Counted from the first letter of the stretch, positions 9,441 to 20,605 are shown. The stretch is DNA of 64,000 bases from Fibrobacterales bacterium (GCA_051532055.1 JAOPTX010000007.1:96001-160000); one strand, 5' to 3'. Notes: a model not told the origin generated them from the letters alone. Numbers and translations are program-made.

Positions 9441-10505
9441 CTATTCAACACCAAATATCTCATCTGCAATTACACCACGAAAACGGTGTATCCTCTCTGG
9501 GCTCTCCTCTCTGTTAGGCCAAGTAACATTTGAAAGGAGTACCACCGCCTTCCCTTTAGAGACATCCCCTAAAAAATGACATCCAGTAAATCCCGTCTTT
9601 CCAAAAGTCTGTTTGCTTCTGCCCACACCCATATAACGCTCTTGATTCAACTCAAAACCAAGACCTGTATAGAGGCCTATAGATTGAATCTGATTAGTCC
9701 ACACTTGTTCAGTAATAGCTTCACTTAAAAATTGAACACCATTATAAGAGCCTTTATGCAATAACATCTCCATAGGATTTAACAAATCGGGTACTGTAGA
9801 GAAAAGCCCTGCAGAACCTGCGACGAAAAGCTCTCTGAGCGCATAGGCACTTTCATCATGCACCTCACCTTGAATAATACGCTCTCGCCAAGTATCATCT
9901 TCTGAAGGAACAATGGCAGAGAGCTCGAAGCGCTCCTTTGGAAAAAAACCAGTATTGTGCATCATGAGCGGATCAAACACCTCCCTTTGAGCCGCTTCTT
10001 CGAACGGCATACTATAAAGCTCACTCATCAGAACCCCCAGCATAACACTCGAAGCATTGCAGTAACAAAAAGACTCCCCAGGTGGTAAATTAAAGGGATG
10101 AGTATAAAGCTTTTCAAGAATCTCAATAGGGGATCGATCTTTCCATCCAGCGAGGGAAAAACGATAATCAACCGTATGGGTCAAGAGATGCTTTACGAGT
10201 ACTTCTTTTACAATCCCGAGCTGATACCCGTCTATATACCTATTGACCGGGTCATCAAGTGAGAGCTCGCCCGCATCAATTAATTTTAGGGCGAGAAGTG
10301 CAGTAGGAACTGACTTTGTAATAGAAGCACAGTCGTAAAGTGACTGTTCAGCAACCGGGGTTTTATTATCGTAAGTATGAAATCCAAATGGGGCTACACT
10401 CCGTGTACCACCAACATCAACAGTACCTAAGCAACACCCTGGAAAAAGTTGATCTTCAATTGCATCAGAAATTATTTTTGAAAGAGCACTATTCAACATA
10501 CCCAA
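9441..10505 (-). CDS. Serine hydrolase, beta-lactamase class C/AmiE-like family
   Basis: SxxK (SITK), LLTHT, YCN, GEVHDESA, AGLFST and KTGFTG motifs; no signal peptide. Confidence 0.85.
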   Translation of the reverse strand: MGMLNSALSKIISDAIEDQLFPGCCLGTVDVGGTRSVAPFGFHTYDNKTPVAEQSLYDCASITKSVPTALLALKLIDAGELSLDDPVNRYIDGYQLGIVKEVLVKHLLTHTVDYRFSLAGWKDRSPIEILEKLYTHPFNLPPGESFCYCNASSVMLGVLMSELYSMPFEEAAQREVFDPLMMHNTGFFPKERFELSAIVPSEDDTWRERIIQGEVHDESAYALRELFVAGSAGLFSTVPDLLNPMEMLLHKGSYNGVQFLSEAITEQVWTNQIQSIGLYTGLGFELNQERYMGVGRSKQTFGKTGFTGCHFLGDVSKGKAVVLLSNVTWPNREESPERIHRFRGVIADEIFGVE

Positions 10506-10624
10506 ACCCCACTCAGTTATTGAGACAGTAATCTAAAAACTTTTATGGGTGATTGCCCTACAATTCTATGCCCTAACCTATCAGTGATCATGTTCTTGAA
10601 AGGGCCTTCACTCACAAGGCCAAC

Positions 10625-11980
10625 CTAAAACTCAATACATATCCGGCAGAAAGGATTAACCCTCCCTTGGAGGTCGTATCGAATTTTTGCCGACGCCCCT
10701 ATAGGTGCTTCATGCCCTCCAACAAAAAGGCTCACAGTAGACTTGCTACTGCTTGACACTGTTTCATCAAAGCTTGATATTGATGTATTAGAAGAAAGGA
10801 GTCGTGATGAACTTTCACCGCCCCCAAATCCATTTGACGAATCATTAAGCGATGAACTAGAATTATGAGCACTCGAACTAGATAAAACGTCACTAGAGCT
10901 ATTGTCTGAGCTCTCAACGGTACTACTCACAGAGATAACCTCAGAAGTCCCATCATCATTATTGACAATAATATCAGGATACGCAGCATCATTATCATAA
11001 CTAAGCGTTGCCCCTGCAGTACACTCTTCGCCACAGTCCTGAGGAAATGGTGGTTCATATACCCGACCATCAAAAACAAAATTGCCGTCAAGGTCCTTAA
11101 CTTTTATCAAAATCTTATCTTGCTGTGCATCAGGCATGATCCATTGTTGCCCCATATCGCCTTCCTGAGTCGCCTCAACCCAGGTCGTATCCATTCCATC
11201 TACCAAACCTTGAACAACGCCCGTAATGCCATTCGGTAGATTGGTAATGAGAAGGCGCAGCCACCCTTTTTCTTTTGAGCCTTCGGTATACCAAATATGA
11301 ATATCACCACGATATTTAGGATTCTTTACAAACCGCCATGAAACCTGGCGATTATTGAAAAACTCCGTCTCCCAGAGCCCGCTCCCCCTTAAAAATGCAA
11401 ACGGATCTATATATGAACCATCATCATATTGAAAAGCATTAAGAGACTCAGTATGAATGTCCACATGATACTTACTATCACGACACCAAACATTACCATC
11501 TGAACACTGGTCTGTTACAATGGCATACATCTTAGAACCATTCTTATCATCGCTATACCAGCCAGTATTATTATTGCAGATGGTTGTACCTTCCGCCCCC
11601 GAATTACCATATTGGCTATCACATTCATCACCTAAGGTAATCTCGATCCAGCGGCCACAATTAAAGCCGTTATTATACATTCCAAGATAAGGGTCATTCG
11701 CATCAAGTGGACGAGATCCGTAATCCCCTGGACTCTTATGATAGGAGCCCGGTTCATTAAATACATTGAGGGCCACAAAGTTATTTTCATCAAGACCAAC
11801 CAATGCACTATCTTGACCGTCATAATCAAGAACTGCCTGAGGAACGCCACAAGCACCATAAGGATCTCCTAAAACTTGAAAATGTGTCGCAGCCCCTTCT
11901 CGAATACGATTATCAGATAGATGTCCTTCATCACTAAACGATGAAACCACGAAACAGAACATTAATAGTATTAATCTCAT
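10625..11980 (-). CDS. Secreted expansin-like protein (DPBB + CBM63-like) with Ser-rich tail
   Basis: Signal peptide; GAATHF, GACG, FVALN, NCGRWIEI, VTDQC and HVDI motifs; second beta-rich domain (WLRLLITN.PNGI); poly-Ser, then YDLQGR. Confidence 0.72.
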   Translation of the reverse strand: MRLILLMFCFVVSSFSDEGHLSDNRIREGAATHFQVLGDPYGACGVPQAVLDYDGQDSALVGLDENNFVALNVFNEPGSYHKSPGDYGSRPLDANDPYLGMYNNGFNCGRWIEITLGDECDSQYGNSGAEGTTICNNNTGWYSDDKNGSKMYAIVTDQCSDGNVWCRDSKYHVDIHTESLNAFQYDDGSYIDPFAFLRGSGLWETEFFNNRQVSWRFVKNPKYRGDIHIWYTEGSKEKGWLRLLITNLPNGITGVVQGLVDGMDTTWVEATQEGDMGQQWIMPDAQQDKILIKVKDLDGNFVFDGRVYEPPFPQDCGEECTAGATLSYDNDAAYPDIIVNNDDGTSEVISVSSTVESSDNSSSDVLSSSSAHNSSSSLNDSSNGFGGGESSSRLLSSNTSISSFDETVSSSSKSTVSLFVGGHEAPIGASAKIRYDLQGRVNPFCRICIEF

Positions 11981-12134
11981 TACATTCCCTCAAATGCTAA
12001 ACAACCTCTCTTTTACCCAAAAAAGAGGCATATCTTGTGTGCCTTATTATCCAATAATATAGGTTATTAGTCTACAGATTCAAACAACCCTCTTAGGACT
12101 TTCAAATAAGAAGAAGTAGATTCATGTTTGAGCA

Positions 12135-12169
12135 TAAAAAAAGCCACCCCTGAATAACAGGAGTGGCTC
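12135..12169 (-). terminator. Rho-independent terminator of the GPH transporter gene
   Basis: AAAAAAAGCCACCCCTG-AATAA-CAGGAGTGGCT on +, giving a hairpin followed by a U-tract on the minus strand. Confidence 0.7.
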
Positions 12170-12191
12170 AAAAAGGTAAATTGAAAAACTG

Positions 12192-13700
12192 TTACGCTTC
12201 TTCACCCTCGTGTTGTACTTTACCACGACGCGCTTCAAGTTCTGCACGAACTTCATGTGCACGCTCTTCCGTAAAATCATATTTCCACATTACAACAATT
12301 GCAAGAACCGCAGTAACTACTGGAACCGCAATATCAGCAATGCGTAGCATGTTAATAATTTCAGTTGCTTCAGGGATATTAAGAAGACGTTCACCTTCTT
12401 TGAGGGCATTACGAATTTCTTCAAGTCTTCCATAGCCAATACCACTGAGAACCCAACCACTCATCAGCATTGCAATTGCTGTACCAAGCTTTACAAACCA
12501 CCAGTATACCGCACCAAAAACACCTTCACGACGCTCACCAGTATTAAGTTCATCAAGGTCACACACATCGGCAGTCATTGACATCATAAGAGTAAAGAGG
12601 CCCCCGATACCAAAAGTCATTAATGGAAGTGATACAAACATCATCCAACGAGTGCTTTCATCGAGCGCTCCCTCAAAAGCCCACCACCTCATGACATATC
12701 CAACAATCGAAATAAACGTTGAGGCGATAAATGCATTCTTCTTACCCATTTTTTGGGACATTTTAGTCACAATTGGAATAACGAGAAAACAAGTAAAGAG
12801 TGCACTGATAGTACCAAACCATGCCGGATAACTACCTGACGCACCTTGATCACCATTGAAGATGTAGAACACAATAATAAAGAATGCAAACTGTGCTACA
12901 GTCTGAAAGCCATTGAACACAAGAAAAGTTGAGCTACAAAGCTGAACAAAAGGGATACATTTAAAAGCTTGCCCAATACCTTTGAAAAAGTTTTTGAGGA
13001 TCTCACCCAGTGCATCAAACGAGAGCTTTTCAGCAGTCCCATCAGGAACAACACGCTCTTTACAGAAAAGTGCAGGAACGACACCAAGAACAAGACAAAG
13101 AAGACCCACCCAAATAGCGAGGTTTCTAGAACCAACTGGTGCAGATTCATAGAGTGAAGGGTCATAAATAATTACCCAAATCCATGGAGCAATCATCCAA
13201 GCAATTTGACCAATCCATTGTGATACAGCCATAATGCGAGTACGCTCATGGAAATCAGGACTCATCTCATAGCCTAGAGCAACAAGAGGCGTTGCAAAAA
13301 TGGTATACCCTAGATAGAAAAGGAGAGAGAGAAGTAAAAAGTAAATAAAGTTATATGTTTCGCCATTTTCTGGATAGATCTGCCACATAAGCATAAATGA
13401 TACACCAGTGATAATTGCACCAACAAAGATATACGGGCGTCTTCTACCCCAGCGTGAACGAGTATTATCAGAAATATACCCCATTAACGGGTCAGTGATA
13501 GCATCCCAAAGGCGGGGGGCAGCACCGAGAAGTCCTACAAGAAATGGATCCATACCAAGGCCCATTACAAGTACAATCATAAAAACTCCAAGTGCAGCAG
13601 CAAAGAGTTGGTTTGCTAAGCTACCAACACCAAATGCTATTTTTTGCACCATTGGGATTATATCTTCAGGAGCCGTTTCGTAGTGTTTTACTTCACTCAT
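12192..13700 (-). CDS. Glycoside-pentoside-hexuronide (GPH, MFS_2) sugar:cation symporter
   Basis: WDAITDPLMGYISD.TRSRWGRRRPY, ERTRI and ADVCDLDELNTGERREG motifs; about 12 TM helices. Confidence 0.9.
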   Translation of the reverse strand: MSEVKHYETAPEDIIPMVQKIAFGVGSLANQLFAAALGVFMIVLVMGLGMDPFLVGLLGAAPRLWDAITDPLMGYISDNTRSRWGRRRPYIFVGAIITGVSFMLMWQIYPENGETYNFIYFLLLSLLFYLGYTIFATPLVALGYEMSPDFHERTRIMAVSQWIGQIAWMIAPWIWVIIYDPSLYESAPVGSRNLAIWVGLLCLVLGVVPALFCKERVVPDGTAEKLSFDALGEILKNFFKGIGQAFKCIPFVQLCSSTFLVFNGFQTVAQFAFFIIVFYIFNGDQGASGSYPAWFGTISALFTCFLVIPIVTKMSQKMGKKNAFIASTFISIVGYVMRWWAFEGALDESTRWMMFVSLPLMTFGIGGLFTLMMSMTADVCDLDELNTGERREGVFGAVYWWFVKLGTAIAMLMSGWVLSGIGYGRLEEIRNALKEGERLLNIPEATEIINMLRIADIAVPVVTAVLAIVVMWKYDFTEERAHEVRAELEARRGKVQHEGEEA

Positions 13701-13955
13701 TCATATCACCTTTTATAAAATGTTCGTCATCTTCCCAGACAGTTGGCTAGGAAATTTAGTTAATTACCCCAAAATTCAACGGAATAAATTCCAACATTGA
13801 AACTCTCTAACCATATATCAAGTCACTATTTAGTAGGGTTACACGACGAATGGTTCTCAATCCCACCCTTTTTTGTGTAACAACAACACTGAAAATCATT
13901 AAAACAAAAAAGCAGCGTTAAATCAGCTGCTTTCTAAATCATTTTTAGAGAGAAT

Positions 13956-14414
13956 TTACTCGACGACAGTATACCCTAGTTTTTCAATTGTAATGTAGTC
14001 ATCACCTTTCTCTTGATCAATAGAGACCTCTATCGGACCTTTTTTTGAAGTAGGAACAGCAAACCACGTTCTAAAACGTAAACTCCCATTCATTTTTGAT
14101 TCACGGTTCTTCAGGGCACGTCCCTTACGAATAAACTGTGTTGAAAGTGTTACCTTTGCATTTTTTGGAACCATCGCATTAAGCCACAAGTAAACTTTAT
14201 CACCTTTTTTTACTGATTTTGAGTCTACTTCAACAGCACAATCATTCTTATGATCACCCTCTTTCACGACTTCTTTACAGAGCTTATATTCGACAATAAC
14301 TGCATCACTTCCTGTATAGTAGTAATCCATAACCTTCGAAACTTCTTGACCCGTTGGTTTTGCAGCCATAAGAGCAACCACGCCACACAAAACTATTCCT
14401 AACACTTTTTTCAT
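13956..14414 (-). CDS. Hypothetical secreted protein
   Basis: Signal peptide, GAGG RBS, basic beta-rich domain; terminator-like hairpin at about 13907-13933. Confidence 0.6.
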   Translation of the reverse strand: MKKVLGIVLCGVVALMAAKPTGQEVSKVMDYYYTGSDAVIVEYKLCKEVVKEGDHKNDCAVEVDSKSVKKGDKVYLWLNAMVPKNAKVTLSTQFIRKGRALKNRESKMNGSLRFRTWFAVPTSKKGPIEVSIDQEKGDDYITIEKLGYTVVE

Positions 14415-14577
14415 TAGATATCCTCAATTTTCCTATTAATTGTGGCTGAAACATACAAAATTATCACCAAATACCCTTATTCCAAGCCACTTTTCATCCT
14501 GTAGAATGATTCAATATAAGCTGCGCCCAATGCATATTTCCCTTTTTTATCCCATTTGATTAATTATATTGCACCCC

Positions 14578-15423
14578 ATGCGCACACAAAAATCAAAAAC
14601 ACCAATACATACATTGTCCAGAGTATCTCTCTCTATGATACTTTTGTTTTTGATACTACCCGCCCCAGCCTTATCAGAAAATGATAACACCGGAATTGGT
14701 ATGGTGTACCCAACCACTATTCGCATTACAACTCACGAGTACTCACCCCACCACTCTCAAGACCTTCCTTTTGGAGGAGTTGCACTCCGTATTATTAAAG
14801 CGGCCTTTGCAACGGTTAATATTTCTGTTGAAATTGGATTTTTTCCAAAAAACCGAAGTGACTATCTTGCATCATCAGGGAGATGGGACGCTACACTCCC
14901 CTTTACTCATACTTCGGAAGATGAAGAATCCTACCTCATTAGTGACACCATCTATCAATCAGCAATAGTTCTCTTTTCTAGAAATAGACCAATCACTCAA
15001 TGGAGTTCATTTAAAAACTTCAGATCATTGCAACTCGGCGCAACTCATGGTCGCCACTACTCCAGAGATTTTCAAAGTGCCATTGATGCTGGACTCCTAC
15101 ACGTCGATTTTTCTATCTCAGACAAGCATAACTTCACTAAGCTCTCTCAAGGAGATATCGATCTTTTCCCTTGTGATATTGATGCAGGCTACTCTATTAT
15201 ACAGCACTTCTTTGAAGCATTACCGCAGCCTTCTTTTACTCACTCTCCCAAAATTGTAACAGTACATCCTCATTTTTTGTTAATTTCTGCAGAATCTCCC
15301 CATGCTGATTATTTTCTTCGCGCCTTTAACACAGGCCTCAAACGGCTAGCACTCGTTGGTCGACTCGACAGCTACCTCAAAGAACTCAGAAGTACCCCCC
15401 TTCTATTACAAAACCAAAAATAG
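14578..15423 (+). CDS. Orphan family-3 (PBPb) periplasmic substrate-binding protein
   Basis: EYSP...GG.A..II..AF, R...LA..G..DA, LG.T.G..Y and FN.GL motifs. ATG at 14578 preferred over the TTG at 14569. Confidence 0.7.
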   Translation: MRTQKSKTPIHTLSRVSLSMILLFLILPAPALSENDNTGIGMVYPTTIRITTHEYSPHHSQDLPFGGVALRIIKAAFATVNISVEIGFFPKNRSDYLASSGRWDATLPFTHTSEDEESYLISDTIYQSAIVLFSRNRPITQWSSFKNFRSLQLGATHGRHYSRDFQSAIDAGLLHVDFSISDKHNFTKLSQGDIDLFPCDIDAGYSIIQHFFEALPQPSFTHSPKIVTVHPHFLLISAESPHADYFLRAFNTGLKRLALVGRLDSYLKELRSTPLLLQNQK

Positions 15424-15491
15424 TTCACAAAAACAGGTCTCACCCCATCCATCTTTTAGGTGTCAATCACTTTTTTACTACCTTTAATTCT

Positions 15492-16676
15492 ATGGAACAA
15501 ATCATTGAACAATTTTCTCGCGAACTTTCAACAGCTCTTTTAGAAAAAAGATTTGTGAAAATTAGTTTCGGAAAGCCGACACAGAAAGATGGCGAATATA
15601 AAAAAGTGACTGGCCGCCTCATCCAAGCAAAAGAGAGCACACTATTGAGCCTGGCCTTTGAAACAACCACTCAAACATTTACCAGAAATTTTGATTGCAC
15701 ACTACAACACGATACCGCACTCTTAGAGCTGACCAACCTCTGTGGAGCACAGTTTAAGAACATTAATCTCTTCACGACCTCAGGCGACTTTATACTCATG
15801 TATAGTAAAAAGCTTATCCCACGCTTGCAGACAAAACCCGCGACTTTCAAGAGCCCTCGCATTGAGTTTCACAACAGAGAAAAACGACGCTATCTCGATC
15901 TCAAAAACAATGTCTATCTACGGGAATTAGGGATCACCACCCAAACAGGGCAGATCGCCCCCAGTAGACAAAATAAATTTAAACAGATTGACAAATTTGT
16001 CGAAGTCATTGATACACTCATTCAAACAAGTGCATTAAAAAAAACAACAACCCCTATTACCATTGCCGATATGGGTTCTGGCAAAGGCTATCTTACCTTT
16101 GCCCTCTATGACTACATCGCAAATTCACTGAAACTCCCCGTAGTATCTACAGGTATCGAATACCGCCAAGATCTTGTTGATGTCTGTAATTCTATTGCAA
16201 AATCAGCAGCATTTTCATCACTCACGTTTGTGCCCGGTACAATAGAATCAAACCCTCTGAAAGAGATAGACCTCCTTATTGCACTCCATGCCTGTGACAC
16301 CGCAACTGATGATGCCATTAAACAAGGAATTGATGCAGGAGCTACCATCATTGTCACTGCACCATGTTGTCATAAACAAATACGTAAAGCTATGAACGTT
16401 GAAGGCCCCCTTGCAGAGATTACCAAATACGGCATCCTAAAAGAACGCCAAGCGGAAATGATCACCGATACTATTCGTGCCCTGCTCCTCGAAGCTCATG
16501 GCTATAAAACAAAAGTCTTTGAATTTATCGCAGATGCGCACACTCATAAAAACGTCATGATAACTGCGATTAAAAGAAGTGGCACACCAGATCCTGAGCC
16601 GTTTCTCAAAAAGATTTCAGATCTCAAAGAGACCTTTGGAATATCAGAGCACTATCTTGAGAGTATACTCTCTTAA
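15492..16676 (+). CDS. SAM-dependent methyltransferase (Methyltransf_32-like)
   Basis: KFKQI.KF.E, DMGSGKGYLTF, ALHACDTATD, APCCH and HT.KN.MI motifs. Confidence 0.85.
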   Translation: MEQIIEQFSRELSTALLEKRFVKISFGKPTQKDGEYKKVTGRLIQAKESTLLSLAFETTTQTFTRNFDCTLQHDTALLELTNLCGAQFKNINLFTTSGDFILMYSKKLIPRLQTKPATFKSPRIEFHNREKRRYLDLKNNVYLRELGITTQTGQIAPSRQNKFKQIDKFVEVIDTLIQTSALKKTTTPITIADMGSGKGYLTFALYDYIANSLKLPVVSTGIEYRQDLVDVCNSIAKSAAFSSLTFVPGTIESNPLKEIDLLIALHACDTATDDAIKQGIDAGATIIVTAPCCHKQIRKAMNVEGPLAEITKYGILKERQAEMITDTIRALLLEAHGYKTKVFEFIADAHTHKNVMITAIKRSGTPDPEPFLKKISDLKETFGISEHYLESILS

Positions 16677-16701
16677 TAAAACACTACTAGAATACATCGA
16701 T

Positions 16702-18486
16702 TCACTCTTTCGTTTTTTCATTCCATTTATAAAACCGTGCACCTACTGGCCTCCCAAGGGTAGACTCACTCTCTCCATTTAAGTGATATTGAATACCTCC
16801 TGAACGCGCTGAAAAATTGACTAAGTGATCAACTATTATGGAATCACCTTTGGGTACTTCCACACTATTTTTTAACACAATATCCTTGTAAAAAAAGCTG
16901 TAGATACCGAGCCCTATTGCAAAGTGATTTTTCACATCATCATCAACTTTATAAGACGCGTATCCTTCTCCTATTGGACTCATCCACTGATTTTGAGTTG
17001 GAGGATCATAGGGAATTTCTGATTGATAAAAGTAGACTGCACCATACTCACCCTTCCATAGTGTTTGATACTTTTGAAAATGTTCATTAAAGAGCCCATA
17101 CACCGTTACATGATCACCCGTTACTACCAGACCATGATCTGACGTATTTACTGCCCATTCGGCTCCCGCACCATGATCCGCCCTCCAAAGCCAAAGGTGG
17201 TCGGCGATTACATCACTGCTGTGTATTTCAAGACATCGCTTTGCCTTACCAGCAACCGCGCCACCAACCCTGCAAAAAAGATCACTGATCGATGTAGGGT
17301 TTTCATTGTGGCGGAGAGAGTCTCCCTCACTTCCAAACTTAAAAAGAACCTCTGACTCTTGGAGGCCTGCATCGGCAACAATACCCGCCACAACAACTCC
17401 CGGTAGATCATCAACAATAAGTGCAGCACTCCCTTTTTGAGGAATAAGAGTCGGCATTCCCAGCCCGAGTATTACCGTGTGAGCATGCTCTACATTAAGA
17501 GCGTTTTCAAGATTATATATCCCTGGAGTGAGCAAGAGGTGCTTTCCTTGCTTGAGTGCACTATTGATAGATTCAGCATTGTCTCGTTCTGGGTGTGCCA
17601 CATAAAAAGAGTCGATTGAAATAAACGTCCCATTCTCCGCACCACCAGCCCAACTCACCCCCGTCGATTCTTTCCGTACACTCGGTACAAACACCCCATA
17701 GGAACCATCATCTTGAATAGTAAGAAATGGTTTTTCTCTCACTCGGGGAGTCTTTTCGACAACTGAATACGGGCGTTCCCCCCACCGCTCGATAGGCGCA
17801 CCAGACACACCTACAAATGTCATATTCCAATTACCACCACGCCACCGCTTAATGGAACTATTCCGCATAAACCACTGTTGCTGTGAATTGGCATAAGCCT
17901 CACCTGTTATGAGGCAATTGGCTACATAGCCTCCCGAACCCCATCCATTAAGATCGTATTTCATGGATCCTTCAATATGCATCCGTCTAAAAGGGGCTGC
18001 CTGTGAAACGGCCCACACGTTGTCACCCCGCGTAATAATTTTCATATTTTCTGCAGAACGCCAAAACATTAAGGTCACGTTCATCCCGTTACCCGCAGGA
18101 CCTGTGTGAGTGAGTGATTGTACCGCACCATTTATAGTGACATCATCCGGAAGAATCCCGAGCCCTGCAACATGTGTATAATAATCAACATTAATTCGAA
18201 GCGTATATTTGCCCGGCTTAAAGAGAAGTGCATAGCGATCTTCTGAAAACTCAGCATGCTTCTGACGATCACTCACCTCATTAACTTTTTTCTGAATCTC
18301 TTTCATGTTCATGGAGTCATTAAAAACAAAAACACGTTTTCCAAAAAGTTCATTATAAGTACCATCGGTATGCTCAATGTTTTTTGACACGCCACTATCC
18401 TTTTGTACCAAGGTACAACTACTATACAACAGTGTCCCTATTCCTATACAGAACAGTCCACATAATACCCTCATGTTACTCTTCAT
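16702..18486 (-). CDS. GH55-like exo-beta-1,3-glucanase lipoprotein (bacterial type)
   Basis: RYALLFKPG.Y, FWRSAEN, WAVSQAAPFRR, SQQQW, WLWRADHG, NEHFQ and YQSEIPYD motifs; lipobox YSSC; start ATG 18486 after a GGGG RBS. Confidence 0.85.
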   Translation of the reverse strand: MKSNMRVLCGLFCIGIGTLLYSSCTLVQKDSGVSKNIEHTDGTYNELFGKRVFVFNDSMNMKEIQKKVNEVSDRQKHAEFSEDRYALLFKPGKYTLRINVDYYTHVAGLGILPDDVTINGAVQSLTHTGPAGNGMNVTLMFWRSAENMKIITRGDNVWAVSQAAPFRRMHIEGSMKYDLNGWGSGGYVANCLITGEAYANSQQQWFMRNSSIKRWRGGNWNMTFVGVSGAPIERWGERPYSVVEKTPRVREKPFLTIQDDGSYGVFVPSVRKESTGVSWAGGAENGTFISIDSFYVAHPERDNAESINSALKQGKHLLLTPGIYNLENALNVEHAHTVILGLGMPTLIPQKGSAALIVDDLPGVVVAGIVADAGLQESEVLFKFGSEGDSLRHNENPTSISDLFCRVGGAVAGKAKRCLEIHSSDVIADHLWLWRADHGAGAEWAVNTSDHGLVVTGDHVTVYGLFNEHFQKYQTLWKGEYGAVYFYQSEIPYDPPTQNQWMSPIGEGYASYKVDDDVKNHFAIGLGIYSFFYKDIVLKNSVEVPKGDSIIVDHLVNFSARSGGIQYHLNGESESTLGRPVGARFYKWNEKTKE

Positions 18487-18544
18487 ATCTACCCCAATCA
18501 CTACTTAATGTAAATAATACATATATTACAGATCATAACGAACA

Positions 18545-18568
18545 AAAGGTCTCCTCAGAGAGACCTTT
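18545..18568 (-). terminator. Terminator between the two GH55 genes
   Basis: AAAAGGTCTC-CTCAGA-GAGACCTTT. Confidence 0.6.
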
Positions 18569-18598
18569 ACCTACTAACTGTTCTAATAGTGTTGTTAA

Positions 18599-20605
18599 TT
18601 ATGGGCCAAAGTATCCATCAAAATGACGCATATCACCATGATTAGTTGTACCGCCTTGGTCATTGATTACATTTTCCATACCACCACCTGCATTTGAGAA
18701 GGTAACTGTTACAATATCTTCAATATGTATACCCGAAACCCTAGGGGTTTCTACAGCATTAGCCATACGTACTTCGTTATAGAAAAAACTATACATTCCC
18801 ATGCCATACGCGGCATGGTCTGTCACATCATCGCCCACTTTATAGGCTGGATACCCAGGCACGACCCCATTCATCCAGCTCTCTTGTGATGGCGGATCAT
18901 AAGGAATCTCTGATTGATAAAAATATGTTTGGCCTCTATTACCATTCCACAAGGTTTGATACTCTTGAAAATGCTCATTAAACAGACCATATACTGTAAC
19001 ATCATCGCCATTAACCACGAGCCCATGAGCGCCTTTATTTTCCTCCCACCCCCAGTTTGATCCTCTATTATTTTCATCCCAATTAACGCCCGCTCCATGA
19101 TCTGCACGCCACAGCCAAAAGTGGTCACCGATAACATTATTACTATTAATAGTAATACAACGCTCAGCCCTACCAGAGAACTGCCCCCCAATTCTACAGA
19201 AATAATCACTCACCAATATTGGATTATCAGAGTGATCCTTATTACTCCCCGGCTCACCAATCTCTAATAGTGTTTCTGAACTTGCTGGACCTGCATCAAT
19301 TACTAGCCCAGCAAGAACAATACCAGACTCATCTGCCGCAGTGAGTGCGGCCCCTCCATGCTGAGGTACCAAAGTAGGAAGCCCAAGCCCCAAAACAACT
19401 GTTTTGGCATGCGGCACCACTATTGCATCAGTAAGATTATAGATCCCTGGAGTCAAAATCAGATGTTTTCCCTTTGCAAGTTCTGCATTAATATCTGTGA
19501 CGGCATCACTTGGAAAAGCAATATAAAACGCACTTATTGGAATATGATCACCACTGAGTTCTCCATCTCTCCAATCAGTCCCCGAAACATTATAGCTTAC
19601 ATCAGGGACATATACAGAATAGTTGCCAATATCATCAATATACAACGTAGGCTTTTCTCGCATTATCGGCGCCTCATCAATCGCTGTTTCTGAGAGAGCA
19701 CTCGTCCATCCCTCTTGCGCTCCAGGAACCCCAACCCACACCACATTCCAATTCACTCCGCTCCAACCCCCTACTTCGGTGTTACGGGTAAACCACTGTT
19801 GTTGATTAAAGGCTGTAACAGTGCCTTCAATAACACTATTTGCTAAGAACCCGCCACTCGCATACCCACTACCCATATCAATCAAGAGATCACCTTTTAC
19901 ATGCATTCTTCGATACGGTGCTGCTTGAGAAACAGCCCACACAACCTCTTTTTCTGGGTGTACTTCAAAGTTTTCGGCCATTCGCCAAAACTGGGTAGTA
20001 ATGTTACCACTCGATTCTGTAGTAACAGACTGCACCGATCCTTCGATTTTTACATCACCGGGAAGGAGACCAAGCCCTGCTGCATGCATGTAGTACCCAA
20101 CATCAATGGTAAGTTGATAGGTGCCAGGCTTGAAGAGCAACGCAAACCTATTTGCACTGAATTCATCATTTGCCTGACCTGCATGTATTGATTGTATTTC
20201 ATTTGAGATGACTTGCATATCCATATCAGGAGAGTAAATTTTTACATTCGGTCCAAAATCTACTGCATAGTATTCTGTGTGAGAACTGTAACTATCTTCC
20301 GTCACATCAATAAAAGATGAGCTTTCTATTTCGGAAATAGAACTTTCATTATTTGTGGAAGACTGATCAGCTGTTACACTTGACCCTGAGCTAGAAACGA
20401 TTTCATCACTAGAGGAGTTACTCTCTTGCTCACTAGAGCTCTCTTCACTCAAATCTTCAGATGAAGCGCCTTCGCTACTGAATTCAGAGTCAGCACTTCC
20501 TGAAGAAGATACATCACCTGAATCTGTTTGTCGACCCTCTTTAGAACAAGCAAAAAGAAGTAAAACAATTGAAATTATGACAACAGACCGTTGCTCCACA
20601 GACAC
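18599..20605 (-). CDS. Second GH55-like beta-1,3-glucanase lipoprotein with N-terminal Ser-rich linker
   Basis: Lipobox LFAC and about 90-aa Ser/Glu linker; same GH55 motif set (SQAAP, QQQW, WLWRADHG, NEHFQ, YQSEIPYD). Confidence 0.85.
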   Translation of the reverse strand: MSVEQRSVVIISIVLLLFACSKEGRQTDSGDVSSSGSADSEFSSEGASSEDLSEESSSEQESNSSSDEIVSSSGSSVTADQSSTNNESSISEIESSSFIDVTEDSYSSHTEYYAVDFGPNVKIYSPDMDMQVISNEIQSIHAGQANDEFSANRFALLFKPGTYQLTIDVGYYMHAAGLGLLPGDVKIEGSVQSVTTESSGNITTQFWRMAENFEVHPEKEVVWAVSQAAPYRRMHVKGDLLIDMGSGYASGGFLANSVIEGTVTAFNQQQWFTRNTEVGGWSGVNWNVVWVGVPGAQEGWTSALSETAIDEAPIMREKPTLYIDDIGNYSVYVPDVSYNVSGTDWRDGELSGDHIPISAFYIAFPSDAVTDINAELAKGKHLILTPGIYNLTDAIVVPHAKTVVLGLGLPTLVPQHGGAALTAADESGIVLAGLVIDAGPASSETLLEIGEPGSNKDHSDNPILVSDYFCRIGGQFSGRAERCITINSNNVIGDHFWLWRADHGAGVNWDENNRGSNWGWEENKGAHGLVVNGDDVTVYGLFNEHFQEYQTLWNGNRGQTYFYQSEIPYDPPSQESWMNGVVPGYPAYKVGDDVTDHAAYGMGMYSFFYNEVRMANAVETPRVSGIHIEDIVTVTFSNAGGGMENVINDQGGTTNHGDMRHFDGYFGP

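Noticed and set aside
9441..10505. Antibiotic-resistance beta-lactamase
   Set aside because: No signal peptide, and the GEVHD motif fits cytoplasmic AmiE/esterase-like serine hydrolases better.
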